The notes beneath the pieces are model-generated. The model had not been told where the DNA came from and searched no databases. It worked only from the letters and a program-made list of their open reading frames with translations. From Leptonemataceae bacterium (GTDB taxonomy: Bacteria; Spirochaetota; Leptospiria; Leptospirales; Leptonemataceae), in the NCBI GenBank assembly GCA_965227295.1, contig OZ245742.1, forward strand, positions 3,232,001 to 3,296,000: a DNA stretch of 64,000 bases, read 5' to 3'. Numbering within the stretch: the stretch's first letter is position 1; each line of letters begins with the position of its first letter. Of the stretch, positions 39,645-49,284 are shown piece by piece. The translations under genes and the position numbers were made by a program.

Positions 39645-40865
39645 ATGTACTTCATTCGCGCTAAATACTTACTCTATCCCCTCTTTTTCCTGATCGCCCT
39701 TTTCGTGGTGGATAAAATCTTCCTCCTCCCCGAGGTCCGGAAGGCCTTCGTGCAGCCGGGCGGGGCGATGTACTACTATCAACGCGAGGCCCAGATCGAC
39801 AGCCTCAAAGAAAAGCTACCGTCGCTAAATGAAACTCATCGAACTTTAGTGGTTTTCGGCGACTCGCGTTCGTTCTCCATCGGCAACCTGGCCGCCGCCG
39901 TCGGGGAGACCATGATGGGCTACGACACCCGCGGCTGGCGCCTCTACAACTTTGCGGCCCCCCAGGCGGTGCCGGCGTACCACGCCTATCTCGCGGAGCA
40001 GCTCTTCCAGGGACCGCCGGAGCGCCGCCCGGAGTATTTGATCCTGGGCGTGGCGCCGGACGTCTTTAATCGCGAGTCGTTCCAGTTCGCGGACCCGGTG
40101 CTGAAGTTCGGTGTACCGCACGAATTCGTGCGGCGCCATCATACGCACATCCCGGAAAAAGACTACGACGCCTACGTAACTTCCAGGCGTTATGCCTTAG
40201 TGGGCATGAACTTCTCGTTCAAGACGATGTATCAGCGGACCCTGGCCGAGTTTCAGGAGCCGCAGCCCCTGCCGGACACCGAACGTTTCGCCATGATGGG
40301 CATGATGATGTCCCTGCAATCCGGCGATCAGACCCCCGAGGCCATTCGGGATATTATGGAAAACGTGGGACCGTATCTTACGGCCATGAACGACACCCAG
40401 GAAGAGGACTGGACCCTCTACAGCTTCGAAGCTTCTCCTCAGCGTAAGTTACTGGATCTCGCCCAGGGCGCCCAGTACGTCTGGAGCGGCGCCGCGGGCA
40501 ACCGTGAACTCCGCAACGAAACGAACCGCCTGGTGAATCTCTATTTTCAGAACTACACCGTCAGCGAAGAGCAGGTCTATTACTTCACGGAGACGCTCCG
40601 CCTCGCCGAACTGGCCGGCGTGAAGACGGTCGTCTTCTGGCCTAAAGTGAATCCGTTTCTCCGCGAGGCTTACGCAAAAGACCCGCGCTTCCGCGCGCTC
40701 TGGTCGCGCCTCAAACGCATTACCGAACAACACGGCGGCCTGGCCTTCGATCTCAACCACGACGCCGCCGTAAACTGCGACAGCTACTACGACGCCTCGC
40801 ACATGTCGGCGACGTGTTACCCGCAGGTAACGAGCGTGTTGTTGCAGAGACTCAAAGAGATGTGA
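39645..40865 (+). CDS. SGNH-like/DUF1574-type acyltransferase partner of the MBOAT
   Basis: N-terminal TM, VVFGDSRS, YNFA, YYDASHMS. Confidence 0.75.
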   Translation: MYFIRAKYLLYPLFFLIALFVVDKIFLLPEVRKAFVQPGGAMYYYQREAQIDSLKEKLPSLNETHRTLVVFGDSRSFSIGNLAAAVGETMMGYDTRGWRLYNFAAPQAVPAYHAYLAEQLFQGPPERRPEYLILGVAPDVFNRESFQFADPVLKFGVPHEFVRRHHTHIPEKDYDAYVTSRRYALVGMNFSFKTMYQRTLAEFQEPQPLPDTERFAMMGMMMSLQSGDQTPEAIRDIMENVGPYLTAMNDTQEEDWTLYSFEASPQRKLLDLAQGAQYVWSGAAGNRELRNETNRLVNLYFQNYTVSEEQVYYFTETLRLAELAGVKTVVFWPKVNPFLREAYAKDPRFRALWSRLKRITEQHGGLAFDLNHDAAVNCDSYYDASHMSATCYPQVTSVLLQRLKEM

Positions 40866-40883
40866 TTTGCCACGGCGCACCCC

Positions 40884-41891
40884 ATGAAACCATACGCGCA
40901 CGGAATTCTCGCTATTGCATTGTTGTCGGTAACTGTTCTCGCAGAACCGGTACCTCCATCGCCGCCGATAGTCCACGAGCTACCGGCATTGAAGAAGATC
41001 GTGGCACGCTATCCTCTGGCACCGAAGCGTACGGAAGTGGACTTCTGGTTCGGCCCCGGGTATCAACCTGCGCGGGGGCAAATCTTTTTGAAAGTAAAGC
41101 TTCCGGCTGGTGTCTTTAAGAGCGGTTATGAGCACGATCCGAGCGCGTGGGTGGATCGACGTACGGAAACCCATCTCAATGGAAAAGAATGGGAGTTCAA
41201 AGAAACCGGAGATAGTTTCGAACGACTGACAGTCGCGACCCTGGATCCTGCTCGAAAACAACTGGATCTGAACGTCCATGTTCGCTTACGCCCGAAGGGC
41301 CGAGAAGCGGATCAGAACGAAGTTTTGGAAATCAAGGGCACGGCCCGCGTGCGAGGCCGGCAGTTTCAAGAACTCATGCGGATCCTCGAAGCATCGCCCG
41401 AGTATCAAGCCCTGCGACAGAGTGGCGAAGTTGCGCCGGAATTCAGGGGCATTGACCTGGAAGAAACTACCAGCATCGATATGCCGGGATTCATGGGGGT
41501 CGCTCGCGGCCTGGACCTGAAGACCTTTAAGGGTGACGCGCTTTCGTTTTTCTTTCGGGACGAACGTGGTTCATTGACCCTGAGCATTCCTGTAGATCGA
41601 TTTGCAGAAGGCTACCTCCACGAGGCGGGATCGTTCGGACGCGTGACGGCAATCTATTTGCGAAGGAGCTGGGGATTCGTGCCTGACAACAATCGCTGTC
41701 GGGAAAAAGTACAGGTACTACAGTACCGTCCCGAAGAAAAGCGCCTTGTCCTGCATGTCGACGCGATGATGCGCAAGGTTCCGGCTTCTACAACGCGGGC
41801 CAGGTACCTTCACGTCAAGGGCAGGGTGGTGTTGGAAGGGCCGAATTTCGATAAGTTCGCGCAGGCCCTGGCCGGCGAACGTCCGGACTGA
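40884..41891 (+). CDS. Exported hypothetical protein with internal domain duplication
   Basis: Signal peptide; two similar halves; visibly lower GC than neighbours. Confidence 0.65.
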   Translation: MKPYAHGILAIALLSVTVLAEPVPPSPPIVHELPALKKIVARYPLAPKRTEVDFWFGPGYQPARGQIFLKVKLPAGVFKSGYEHDPSAWVDRRTETHLNGKEWEFKETGDSFERLTVATLDPARKQLDLNVHVRLRPKGREADQNEVLEIKGTARVRGRQFQELMRILEASPEYQALRQSGEVAPEFRGIDLEETTSIDMPGFMGVARGLDLKTFKGDALSFFFRDERGSLTLSIPVDRFAEGYLHEAGSFGRVTAIYLRRSWGFVPDNNRCREKVQVLQYRPEEKRLVLHVDAMMRKVPASTTRARYLHVKGRVVLEGPNFDKFAQALAGERPD

Positions 41892-42011
41892 GATCCCTTC
41901 TATGTGAAGGATCAGACCACGACGTCCTTCTTCTTTCCGACTGCATACAGAGCCACGATTCCCCAAAAACCCCCTTGCGCACTTCTTAAATCCAGGCGAT
42001 AATAGCGATAC

Positions 42012-42665
42012 ATGGACGCCCTGTACAAGATGTTCGATCGCATCACCGAGATGATTCCGGGGCAACTGCTGCCGGTCATTCGTTTCGGGGCCATCGGTCT
42101 GTGGGCCATCATGGCCATTGTGGTGGTGATCATTTCGTGGAGCCAGGGGACGGAGTCGGCGCCTCAGATCGGCCAGGAGTTGTCGATCGCGGAGATGAAA
42201 GAACGGCAGAAGCGCGAGGAGAATCTCAAGGATCGCGGCGAAGTGAGCATCCCCGGCCTGGATGAGATCCTGCCGGAACGCAGCGAGCGGAGTGAGACGC
42301 CGTTCCAGTACGAGTACGAAGGCGAACGCGAGCCGACCGTCATGCAAGAAGACGATGCACTTCGCGAACCCTCCGATACCCGCGAGCCCACGTACCAGGG
42401 CGACAATCCGGCGCCGCTGCAGGAAGGCGGATCCTACGTGCCCAATCGCGATGCCGGCGTCGGCGGAGTGCGCGAACGATTCGATACACAACCGGGCGAG
42501 GGCGGATTGCTCCCGCTGCCCGGCGAAGACGAGCGTGCCCGCCGCAGCGATCAACAAACGCAGACCCCGCCGACCCGGTCCGAACAGTCTCAACCCGCGC
42601 GCGAACCAACCGGTTCGCGGAACGAGCCTACAAACTCCGATGATGAACTTCCCATGCTGCAATAA
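42012..42665 (+). CDS. Hypothetical single-TM protein with disordered tail
   Basis: TM IGLWAIMAIVVVII followed by an E/P/R-rich region. Confidence 0.7.
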   Translation: MDALYKMFDRITEMIPGQLLPVIRFGAIGLWAIMAIVVVIISWSQGTESAPQIGQELSIAEMKERQKREENLKDRGEVSIPGLDEILPERSERSETPFQYEYEGEREPTVMQEDDALREPSDTREPTYQGDNPAPLQEGGSYVPNRDAGVGGVRERFDTQPGEGGLLPLPGEDERARRSDQQTQTPPTRSEQSQPAREPTGSRNEPTNSDDELPMLQ

Positions 42666-43365
42666 TCACACGGTCTTCGCGGCCGTGCTCTTTCTCGGGC
42701 TCACCGGCCTGGTCTTTGCCCAGAACGAGGACCTGCCCGGAGAGGCCGGCCAGGTGAACTATGAGATGGCCTTCGCCTATCTCCTCAAGGGCGATCGTGA
42801 GCAGGCCCGCGCGTTTCTCGATCAGGCTGTGGCTGCAGGCGGGACCTATGCGGACCTGGCACGCCTGGAGCTCATTCGCCTGATTGCCGTGCAAAACCAG
42901 GACGATGCGGCGAATGCCGACGTGGTCCCGCAGATTCGCACCGTGTTGCTGGCCTTCGAAGATCGTACGCTGATTCCCCGTGCCTGGTTCGCAGCCGTGC
43001 AGGCCCTGGAACAGGCGGAGCGTCGTCCCGAGGCCCTGGCCCTGGCTCTGGAACTTGCACTGCGCTATCCGCAGAGTAATGAAGCCGCTCCGGCCTTGCT
43101 TTCCGCCGCCCATTTGCATTTGCACGACGACGATACGGACGCCGCCATCGACGCCCTCTACCGAATTCTCGCGGATTATGAAACATCTACACAGGCACGG
43201 GAAGCCCTGTATCTGCTCGCGAAAATCTACAGCGTGCCCGGCCCTCACTACGATCCGGATCTCGCCTGCCTGGCCCTGCAGCACTTTCACGATCACTCCG
43301 GCGCGACTTTATGGAAGGATTCGGCCGGATACATGTTCCTGGGCTCCTGTCCTGGCCGAATATAG
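42640..43365 (+). CDS. Exported TPR-like protein
   Basis: Signal VFAAVLFLGLTGLVFAQ; RYPQSNEAAPAL, ADYETSTQAREALYLLA. Start uncertain. Confidence 0.65.
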   Translation: MMNFPCCNNHTVFAAVLFLGLTGLVFAQNEDLPGEAGQVNYEMAFAYLLKGDREQARAFLDQAVAAGGTYADLARLELIRLIAVQNQDDAANADVVPQIRTVLLAFEDRTLIPRAWFAAVQALEQAERRPEALALALELALRYPQSNEAAPALLSAAHLHLHDDDTDAAIDALYRILADYETSTQAREALYLLAKIYSVPGPHYDPDLACLALQHFHDHSGATLWKDSAGYMFLGSCPGRI

Positions 43366-43443
43366 TGATTGAACATATGACCGGGTTCTGCTATCCGGTA
43401 TTGACTGCGGCGCCGGGTGCGGTGGCCGCCGAACGGGCGTTCC

Positions 43444-45048
43444 ATGAACTTCAGGCTTCTTCTCGAATACCCCGAACTCTCCAATCGCGATCCTTCGCTT
43501 GCCCATCTTCTCGTCCAGATCGAGACTCCGCCGGTTTCTGAAAGTTCCCAGCGCCAGCCCCTCGTTGTCGGTCTCGCCATCGACAAGAGCAAGTCCATGT
43601 ACGGGGAGAAGATCTCGTCGACGCTCGAAGCGGCGGCATCGCTGGTCAACTGGCTCACCCGCCACGATCATCTCGCCATCATCGCCTACGACTCCCAGGT
43701 GGAAGTCGTGCAACCCCTGATCCCCTTGACGGATAAATTCTCCGTCGTAAAGAAACTCGACAACATTCACGTAGGAACTTCGACCAACCTCAGCGGCGGC
43801 TGGCTCCAGGCCCTGCGCTCCGTGGAAGATGCGGACGTGCCCAACGCCTATCGTCGGGTCATCCTGCTGACCGACGGCATGGCGAATACCGGCGTCGTCA
43901 GCACCAGCGAACTTGTTAAGATTGCCGCGGATCACTACCAGCGCGGCATCAGCACCACCACCATCGGCTTCGGCCGCGACTTTTCCGAAAACCTGCTGCG
44001 CGAAATCGCAATCGCCGGCGGGGGGAACTTCTACTTCATCGAAGGACCGGAGCAGGCCCACGAGGTTTTCTTCAAAGAATTCGGCGACATTGCCGCGTTG
44101 TTCGGTCAGGGCCTGGAGGTTCGCATGAAGACGGCCCCGGGTGTGGCCGTGAAAGAACTGCTCAACGACGTGCCGCACACCTTTGAAGAAAGCGGCGAGC
44201 TCATTCTACGTCCCGGTGATCTGCGTTCCGACGACCTGCGCAACATCGTGCTGGTGCTGGAAGTCAACGGCGAGTTGGCCGCGGCGCATCCCGGCCCCTT
44301 TCTCACGGCCGAGCTTTCGTTCTACAACATGCTGGAAGGTTCGCGCATGGAGAAGTACGATGCGAACGTCTCCGTGGAATTCAAGCCGAAGACCTCCGAG
44401 AACTTTCACAAGCAGGTGCGCCTGGAATCTTTGCTCGCCGCTTCCGGCCGCGCCATGATCGAGGCCTCGCGCATCGCGTCGGAGAAGGATCTCTCCGCGG
44501 CCCGGGATATCCTGGCGCGGACCATCCGTCGCCTGGAACAAAACGTGGACATCGAACCGGCGACGCTCAAGCGCATGATGCGCCGGCTCGAGGACATGGA
44601 ACGCAACCTCGAAGAAAACCTGAACCTCACCCGCAAACATCTCATGGCCGGCGGCGCCGAACTATCCGGGCGTTCGTACTCTCAAGACGTACACTTTGCC
44701 GGCCAGGTCCACGACCGCATTCTCGAAATGCCGCTCACGGGCCAGCTGGATCTCTACCGCTGTCCGGACCTCAAGAGCGAGATCAAACGCCACATCGACA
44801 ACGGTTATCGTTACCTCGTCTTCGATCTCACGGACCTGGGCTACATCGATTCGTCCGGCATCGGCACGTTGATCCAGATCTCGAACTGGATGAAGAAACG
44901 CGGCGGCATCATGATCCTGGTGAACACCCAGGGCAGTGTTGAAAAGATCTTCCAGATGTCCAAGCTGGACGAGTTCTTCGTCTTCAAGGACTCGGGCACC
45001 GAAGCCCGGGCCTTCCTGGAAGAGCTGATCAAAGCGAATAAGCAGTAA
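43444..45048 (+). CDS. vWA domain protein fused to STAS anti-sigma factor antagonist
   Basis: IDKSKSM, TNLSGGW, LLTDGMAN; C-terminal FDLTDLGYIDSSGIGTL. Confidence 0.9.
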   Translation: MNFRLLLEYPELSNRDPSLAHLLVQIETPPVSESSQRQPLVVGLAIDKSKSMYGEKISSTLEAAASLVNWLTRHDHLAIIAYDSQVEVVQPLIPLTDKFSVVKKLDNIHVGTSTNLSGGWLQALRSVEDADVPNAYRRVILLTDGMANTGVVSTSELVKIAADHYQRGISTTTIGFGRDFSENLLREIAIAGGGNFYFIEGPEQAHEVFFKEFGDIAALFGQGLEVRMKTAPGVAVKELLNDVPHTFEESGELILRPGDLRSDDLRNIVLVLEVNGELAAAHPGPFLTAELSFYNMLEGSRMEKYDANVSVEFKPKTSENFHKQVRLESLLAASGRAMIEASRIASEKDLSAARDILARTIRRLEQNVDIEPATLKRMMRRLEDMERNLEENLNLTRKHLMAGGAELSGRSYSQDVHFAGQVHDRILEMPLTGQLDLYRCPDLKSEIKRHIDNGYRYLVFDLTDLGYIDSSGIGTLIQISNWMKKRGGIMILVNTQGSVEKIFQMSKLDEFFVFKDSGTEARAFLEELIKANKQ

Positions 45049-45058
45049 GGCAGGGTTG

Positions 45059-45180
45059 ACTCCGAGGACCGAGGTACCGAGGGGACACGGAAATTCACTT
45101 CAATCCGCCGTTCATCGCCTGCTTGCAATCATTCGACGCAACCTCTCCCCATCTTCCCCCGGTACCTCGGCCCTCGGAGT
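45059..45180. repeat. ACTCCGAGG inverted-repeat doublet
   Basis: ACTCCGAGGACCGAGGTACCGAGGGG ... CCCCGGTACCTCGGCCCTCGGAGT between convergent genes. Confidence 0.88.
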
Positions 45181-45200
45181 AAAAAACGACTACCCGTTCC

Positions 45201-46697
45201 TCACCGCATCGGCGTCGGGGATAGCTTGCCGTCCTTCCCACGGTAGCGCGCATCGAAGCTTCGTGCTTCGTCGGGCATGGACGCCCGGTGTTTCGCACGT
45301 TGCTGGTCGGCTTCTTGCTTCGCCTTCATGGAACGATGTTTGACCTGGGCCGGCGCCGCGGAACGGATGCGCAGTTGAAAGATGTCCTCGGGGATGTCCG
45401 GCATTACGTCGGTGATGTCGGCGACGTCCTCGCTGTCCTCGTTGTCTACAACCGGCGCCGGTTTGTTTAAGGCATCTTCGTACAGCGCTACGAGCTTTGC
45501 ATTGTGGCCGGCCTGGCGAATCCAGTCGTTGTTCGCGGCGATTTTCTTGAGTCGGTCGATGTCGTTCGTGTCCGGGCGGCCGCCCTTATTGATCAGCAGT
45601 TGCGCCACGGGGATGTCGGCTTCGGAGCGCCCGTACATTTCCTGAAAGGCCATACCAGGATTGCGCGGACTCACGGCGCCCTTTTCGATCATGTACTTCG
45701 CAAGATCGTGCTGCCCGTATTCGATGGCCCAGCCGAACTCGGTGAGCCCGCCACCGCAGCCCTGAGTCTGAGCATGACCGGCCTTTGCGCCGTTGTCGAT
45801 CAAGAGCTTCGCGATGTCGCGTTTGTAATAGACTACGGCTTCACGCAGCGGCGTGGTGCCGGAGTAACTGATCGCGTTCATGTCCGCCCCGGCGGCGGCC
45901 AGCGCGCGGATCACGTCCGCATGGTCGTTGACCACGGCGTAGTAGAGCGGCGTGTACTTTGAGAGTTGTTCCTGTTCGTTGACGTCCTGGCCCGCGGCGA
46001 TCAAAGCCTTGAGCTTCGATACGTTGCCGGTTTTCGCGGCATGGTGCAGCGTCTGTTTGTACGCTGCGCTCGACTTGCCTTCGATGCTCAGCGCCAGTTC
46101 CACATGCCCGCCCAGGCGCGCGTAGTCCGAGGCGGTGCACTGGATCTTGTAGTTCCCGGACACGCACCAATCGCCTTTGGTCTTCGGCTTGTTCGTGGCC
46201 CCTTTGCGCATCAGCGTGCGCACAATCTCTTCGTCGCCGTTGGAGGCGGCCATCATGAGCGGCGTGCGCCCGTGGGTCGGATCGTGGTAATCCGCCTGCG
46301 CGCCTTTCTGGATCATGCGCTTCACGACCTTGCGCATGGGATCACCATCGCTGTTAGTGTTCACACTGCGCAGGGCCCACATGAGCGGGCTGTAATGATT
46401 CTTGTTGTGCAGATTCACATTTGCCCCGCGGCCGATGAGATAATCCGCAATCTCCGGCGCGCCGCCGTAGCAGTAAGCCGCGAGTTCGAGGGGATAGGAA
46501 CCGTTCTCGCCCATGCGTTGATTCACCCCGTGGCCGGCGGCCAGGATGCGTTTCACTTTCGACAGATCTCTGTCGCAGATGGCCTCGCTGAGTTCGGCAC
46601 CGCGATCGGCGAAGAGAGCGGCCGGTATGAGCGCGGCGGCCAGTGCGGCGGAGATCGCGACAGCGGGCATTATTTTAGAGGAAAGGCGAATTAGCAT
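45201..46697 (-). CDS. Exported ankyrin-repeat protein
   Basis: Signal peptide; GRTPLMMAA, YTPLYYAV, TTPLREAV, GANVN repeats. Confidence 0.9.
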   Translation of the reverse strand: MLIRLSSKIMPAVAISAALAAALIPAALFADRGAELSEAICDRDLSKVKRILAAGHGVNQRMGENGSYPLELAAYCYGGAPEIADYLIGRGANVNLHNKNHYSPLMWALRSVNTNSDGDPMRKVVKRMIQKGAQADYHDPTHGRTPLMMAASNGDEEIVRTLMRKGATNKPKTKGDWCVSGNYKIQCTASDYARLGGHVELALSIEGKSSAAYKQTLHHAAKTGNVSKLKALIAAGQDVNEQEQLSKYTPLYYAVVNDHADVIRALAAAGADMNAISYSGTTPLREAVVYYKRDIAKLLIDNGAKAGHAQTQGCGGGLTEFGWAIEYGQHDLAKYMIEKGAVSPRNPGMAFQEMYGRSEADIPVAQLLINKGGRPDTNDIDRLKKIAANNDWIRQAGHNAKLVALYEDALNKPAPVVDNEDSEDVADITDVMPDIPEDIFQLRIRSAAPAQVKHRSMKAKQEADQQRAKHRASMPDEARSFDARYRGKDGKLSPTPMR

Positions 46698-46765
46698 GAT
46701 GATACTCCTGATGCAAGCGTCCTGGAATAGACGAGTTGCGCGTTCGAACCGTAAACTTTTTTCTG

Positions 46766-47581
46766 TTATGTGGTGCCGGCGCCCCGGTCGTCGAGGGTCA
46801 GGGCGTAGGTCTGAGGGCGACGCAGGGCATCGCCAGGACGCATGCCCCCGAAACGCTGGAAGTCGCGAATGAAATGGGCCTGGTCGGCATAACCCGCGGC
46901 ATAGGCGATGTCCGTCAAACGGAGCCGGCCGTCATGCTGCTCGCCACGGCGCAGCAAGCGGTACGCGGAGAAGAACCGGGCAACGGAGCGCAGATCACTC
47001 GGACTGAGGCCGCAGGCGGACCGGCAGCGGCGTTCCAGGGTGCGCAGACTGCTACCACATTCGCCGGCCAGGTCCGTCAGGGAGCCGGAGTCGCCGATGC
47101 GGCTGACGAAGTAGCGCAGCAAGCGTTGGTGTTCCCATTGCGGCGACGAAGAGAGCCGGGGCAAGAGCGAGCGGAGCGCCAGGTCCGGGATCCTGCCATT
47201 GTCCCCGTGCGAATCCAGGCGCCGGATCATCCCGACCGTGGTCTTCGACAGGTTCAGGTCCGTGACGTGCACCGGTGTTCCCGCCGGCAGATCCCGCGCG
47301 TCGAGGCCGAAGAGGGCGGCCGCGGATCCCGGATACAGTTTGTAACCGTGCACTTCGCCGGCCGGTAGTTCCATTTCCTGAAATGCCCGGCGATTCCCGC
47401 CCAGCAGAGTTAACGTGCCGTCGCTATCGCTGAACAGATAGTCACAGGCATCCGGCAGGATGCGGACGCGACGCGCCTGGGAACCTCGCCAGCGAAAGCC
47501 GGCGATGGCCAGGTCCGCGACGATCGTGTCGGGGGAGAACTCTGTGAATTCGGCATCGTACACGGCCGGTACCACTGCCAC
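46766..47581 (-). CDS. AraC-family transcriptional regulator
   Basis: ILPDAC N-terminal domain, SLRTLERRC...GLSP, GYADQAHFIRDFQRFGGMRP. Confidence 0.88.
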   Translation of the reverse strand: MAVVPAVYDAEFTEFSPDTIVADLAIAGFRWRGSQARRVRILPDACDYLFSDSDGTLTLLGGNRRAFQEMELPAGEVHGYKLYPGSAAALFGLDARDLPAGTPVHVTDLNLSKTTVGMIRRLDSHGDNGRIPDLALRSLLPRLSSSPQWEHQRLLRYFVSRIGDSGSLTDLAGECGSSLRTLERRCRSACGLSPSDLRSVARFFSAYRLLRRGEQHDGRLRLTDIAYAAGYADQAHFIRDFQRFGGMRPGDALRRPQTYALTLDDRGAGTT

Positions 47582-47708
47582 TCTGCATGCCTTCGATCAT
47601 CTCGCAAGGATTTCCGTTTATGCGGACGGGGAACATAAGCGCAGATTTTTTTGCGAGCGTGTCGCCCTGGTTCAATTTTATGCGGCCCAGGCGATGTAGG
47701 CTGGGCGC

Positions 47709-48662
47709 ATGAAATCCAACCGACTCTTTCGATTCTTCGCAGTCGCAGTGCCCGTATTGGTACTGCTCGCTCTCATCCTGCCTCACGCATACGCCGGTGT
47801 GGAACCGGCGCGGCTCGAAGCCGTCTACGGCGGAAGTAGTGCGCGTTTTACGGCGACGCCGACGCACGGGCGCCTCCATTACCGCGACGAAGGTCCTACC
47901 GGCGGCCAGCCGATCTTACTGCTTCATGGCACCGCATCGTCGTTGCATACCTTCGATGACGTCGCCGCGGGATTACGTGAGCGGCACCGTGTGCTCCGTT
48001 TTGATTTGCCCGGCTTCGGCCTCAGCGGTCCGTGCAAGGATTGCAGTTACAGCCCCGCCGAGGATGCCCGCGTTGTCGCGGAATTTCTTGCAGCCGTCGG
48101 CGAGGAACGTGCGGTCATTGTTGCGGGCAATTCTCTGGGAGGGCGCATCGCCTGGGAGTTCGCGCTGCAACGTCCGGAGAGTGTGCGCGGTTTGGTACTG
48201 ATCGATTCGCTGGGATACCCCTGGCCGGAAAAACCCGCGGGCATCGCCCTTGCGCGGGTGCCGTTGTTGGGGGCCGTGCAGCAATGGATTACACCGCGCT
48301 TCTTGATCCGGCAGAGCCTGCTGGAAGTCTACGGCGACGATACGAAAGTCGATGCGGCCCTGGTCGAACGCCATCATCAGTTGTTGCTTCGCCGGGGCAA
48401 TCGGCGGGCCTTTGTGGCACGCGTGAATCATGAGCTGGATGCGGAGGCCCCGCGCATTCGTCGGCTGGACGCCCTGGGTGTGCCGGTGCTGGTGCTCTGG
48501 GGCGAGGCCGACGCCTGGATTCCCGTGGCCCACGCGTCGCACTTCGCGGAGGATTTGCCCGGGGCGACCGTGATCACGTATCCGGGCATTGGTCACGTAC
48601 CGCAGGAGGAAGCGCCGCGGCGGGTAACTTCAGATGTTCAGAAGTTTGTGAGCCGTTTGTGA
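47709..48662 (+). CDS. Alpha/beta-fold hydrolase
   Basis: LLHG, DLPGFG, GNSLGG, WGEAD, GHVPQEE. Confidence 0.92.
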   Translation: MKSNRLFRFFAVAVPVLVLLALILPHAYAGVEPARLEAVYGGSSARFTATPTHGRLHYRDEGPTGGQPILLLHGTASSLHTFDDVAAGLRERHRVLRFDLPGFGLSGPCKDCSYSPAEDARVVAEFLAAVGEERAVIVAGNSLGGRIAWEFALQRPESVRGLVLIDSLGYPWPEKPAGIALARVPLLGAVQQWITPRFLIRQSLLEVYGDDTKVDAALVERHHQLLLRRGNRRAFVARVNHELDAEAPRIRRLDALGVPVLVLWGEADAWIPVAHASHFAEDLPGATVITYPGIGHVPQEEAPRRVTSDVQKFVSRL

Positions 48663-48739
48663 ACAGTTGACCCCGCTGCGGCGCTTCGGGCGATGTACAC
48701 CACATAGTCGGAGTGGCCGTTCAGCGGACTCAGCTTCTG

Positions 48740-49053
48740 ATTTTTTGCTCAGCGAGAATCGCTCCAGGCCGTTGGTCGCAAAACCGCCGGCGCCGAGTGT
48801 ATCGTTTTTCAGGAAACGTGCCTCGTAGATGAGCTGGTACGGCATCTGGAACGAGCGTTGTTCCCGCCCGCTGCGATCATATACGCGGATGGTCCGGCGC
48901 GGTGCCGCCGCTCGTGACGATGTAACGCCCGTTCGGCGAATACTCAAGGCCGAGGACCCAGGCGCCGTGGCGGAACTGCGGCACCAGTTCCCCGCCGGCG
49001 GCCTCGTCCGGCACGTCCACGTCGTCCCAGGGAATGTCCGGATCGATGGTCAT
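48740..49053 (-). pseudogene. Frameshifted WD40-repeat remnant
   Basis: ELVPQFRHGAWVLGLEYSPNGRYIVTSGG in one frame continues as RTIRVYDRSGREQRSF in another frame. Confidence 0.5.
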
Positions 49054-49284
49054 GCGCCGGCTCTTCGGCGGGGGAACGATGCCGTGCCGTTCCTGAACCG
49101 CGCGCTGTCATGGTGCTGTTTATAGACGACCGTCCGGCTCATATGATCAATGATTTTCACGCCCTCACCGCGCGGGCTGTGCCCGGAAATTCGAATCCTG
49201 CGCCGAAATCCGGCCGATAATCCGCACAGAACCTTTGTTGTTTTCGTCGTCTAAGTTGGATCAGGTCCACGGGGACCAGGAATC

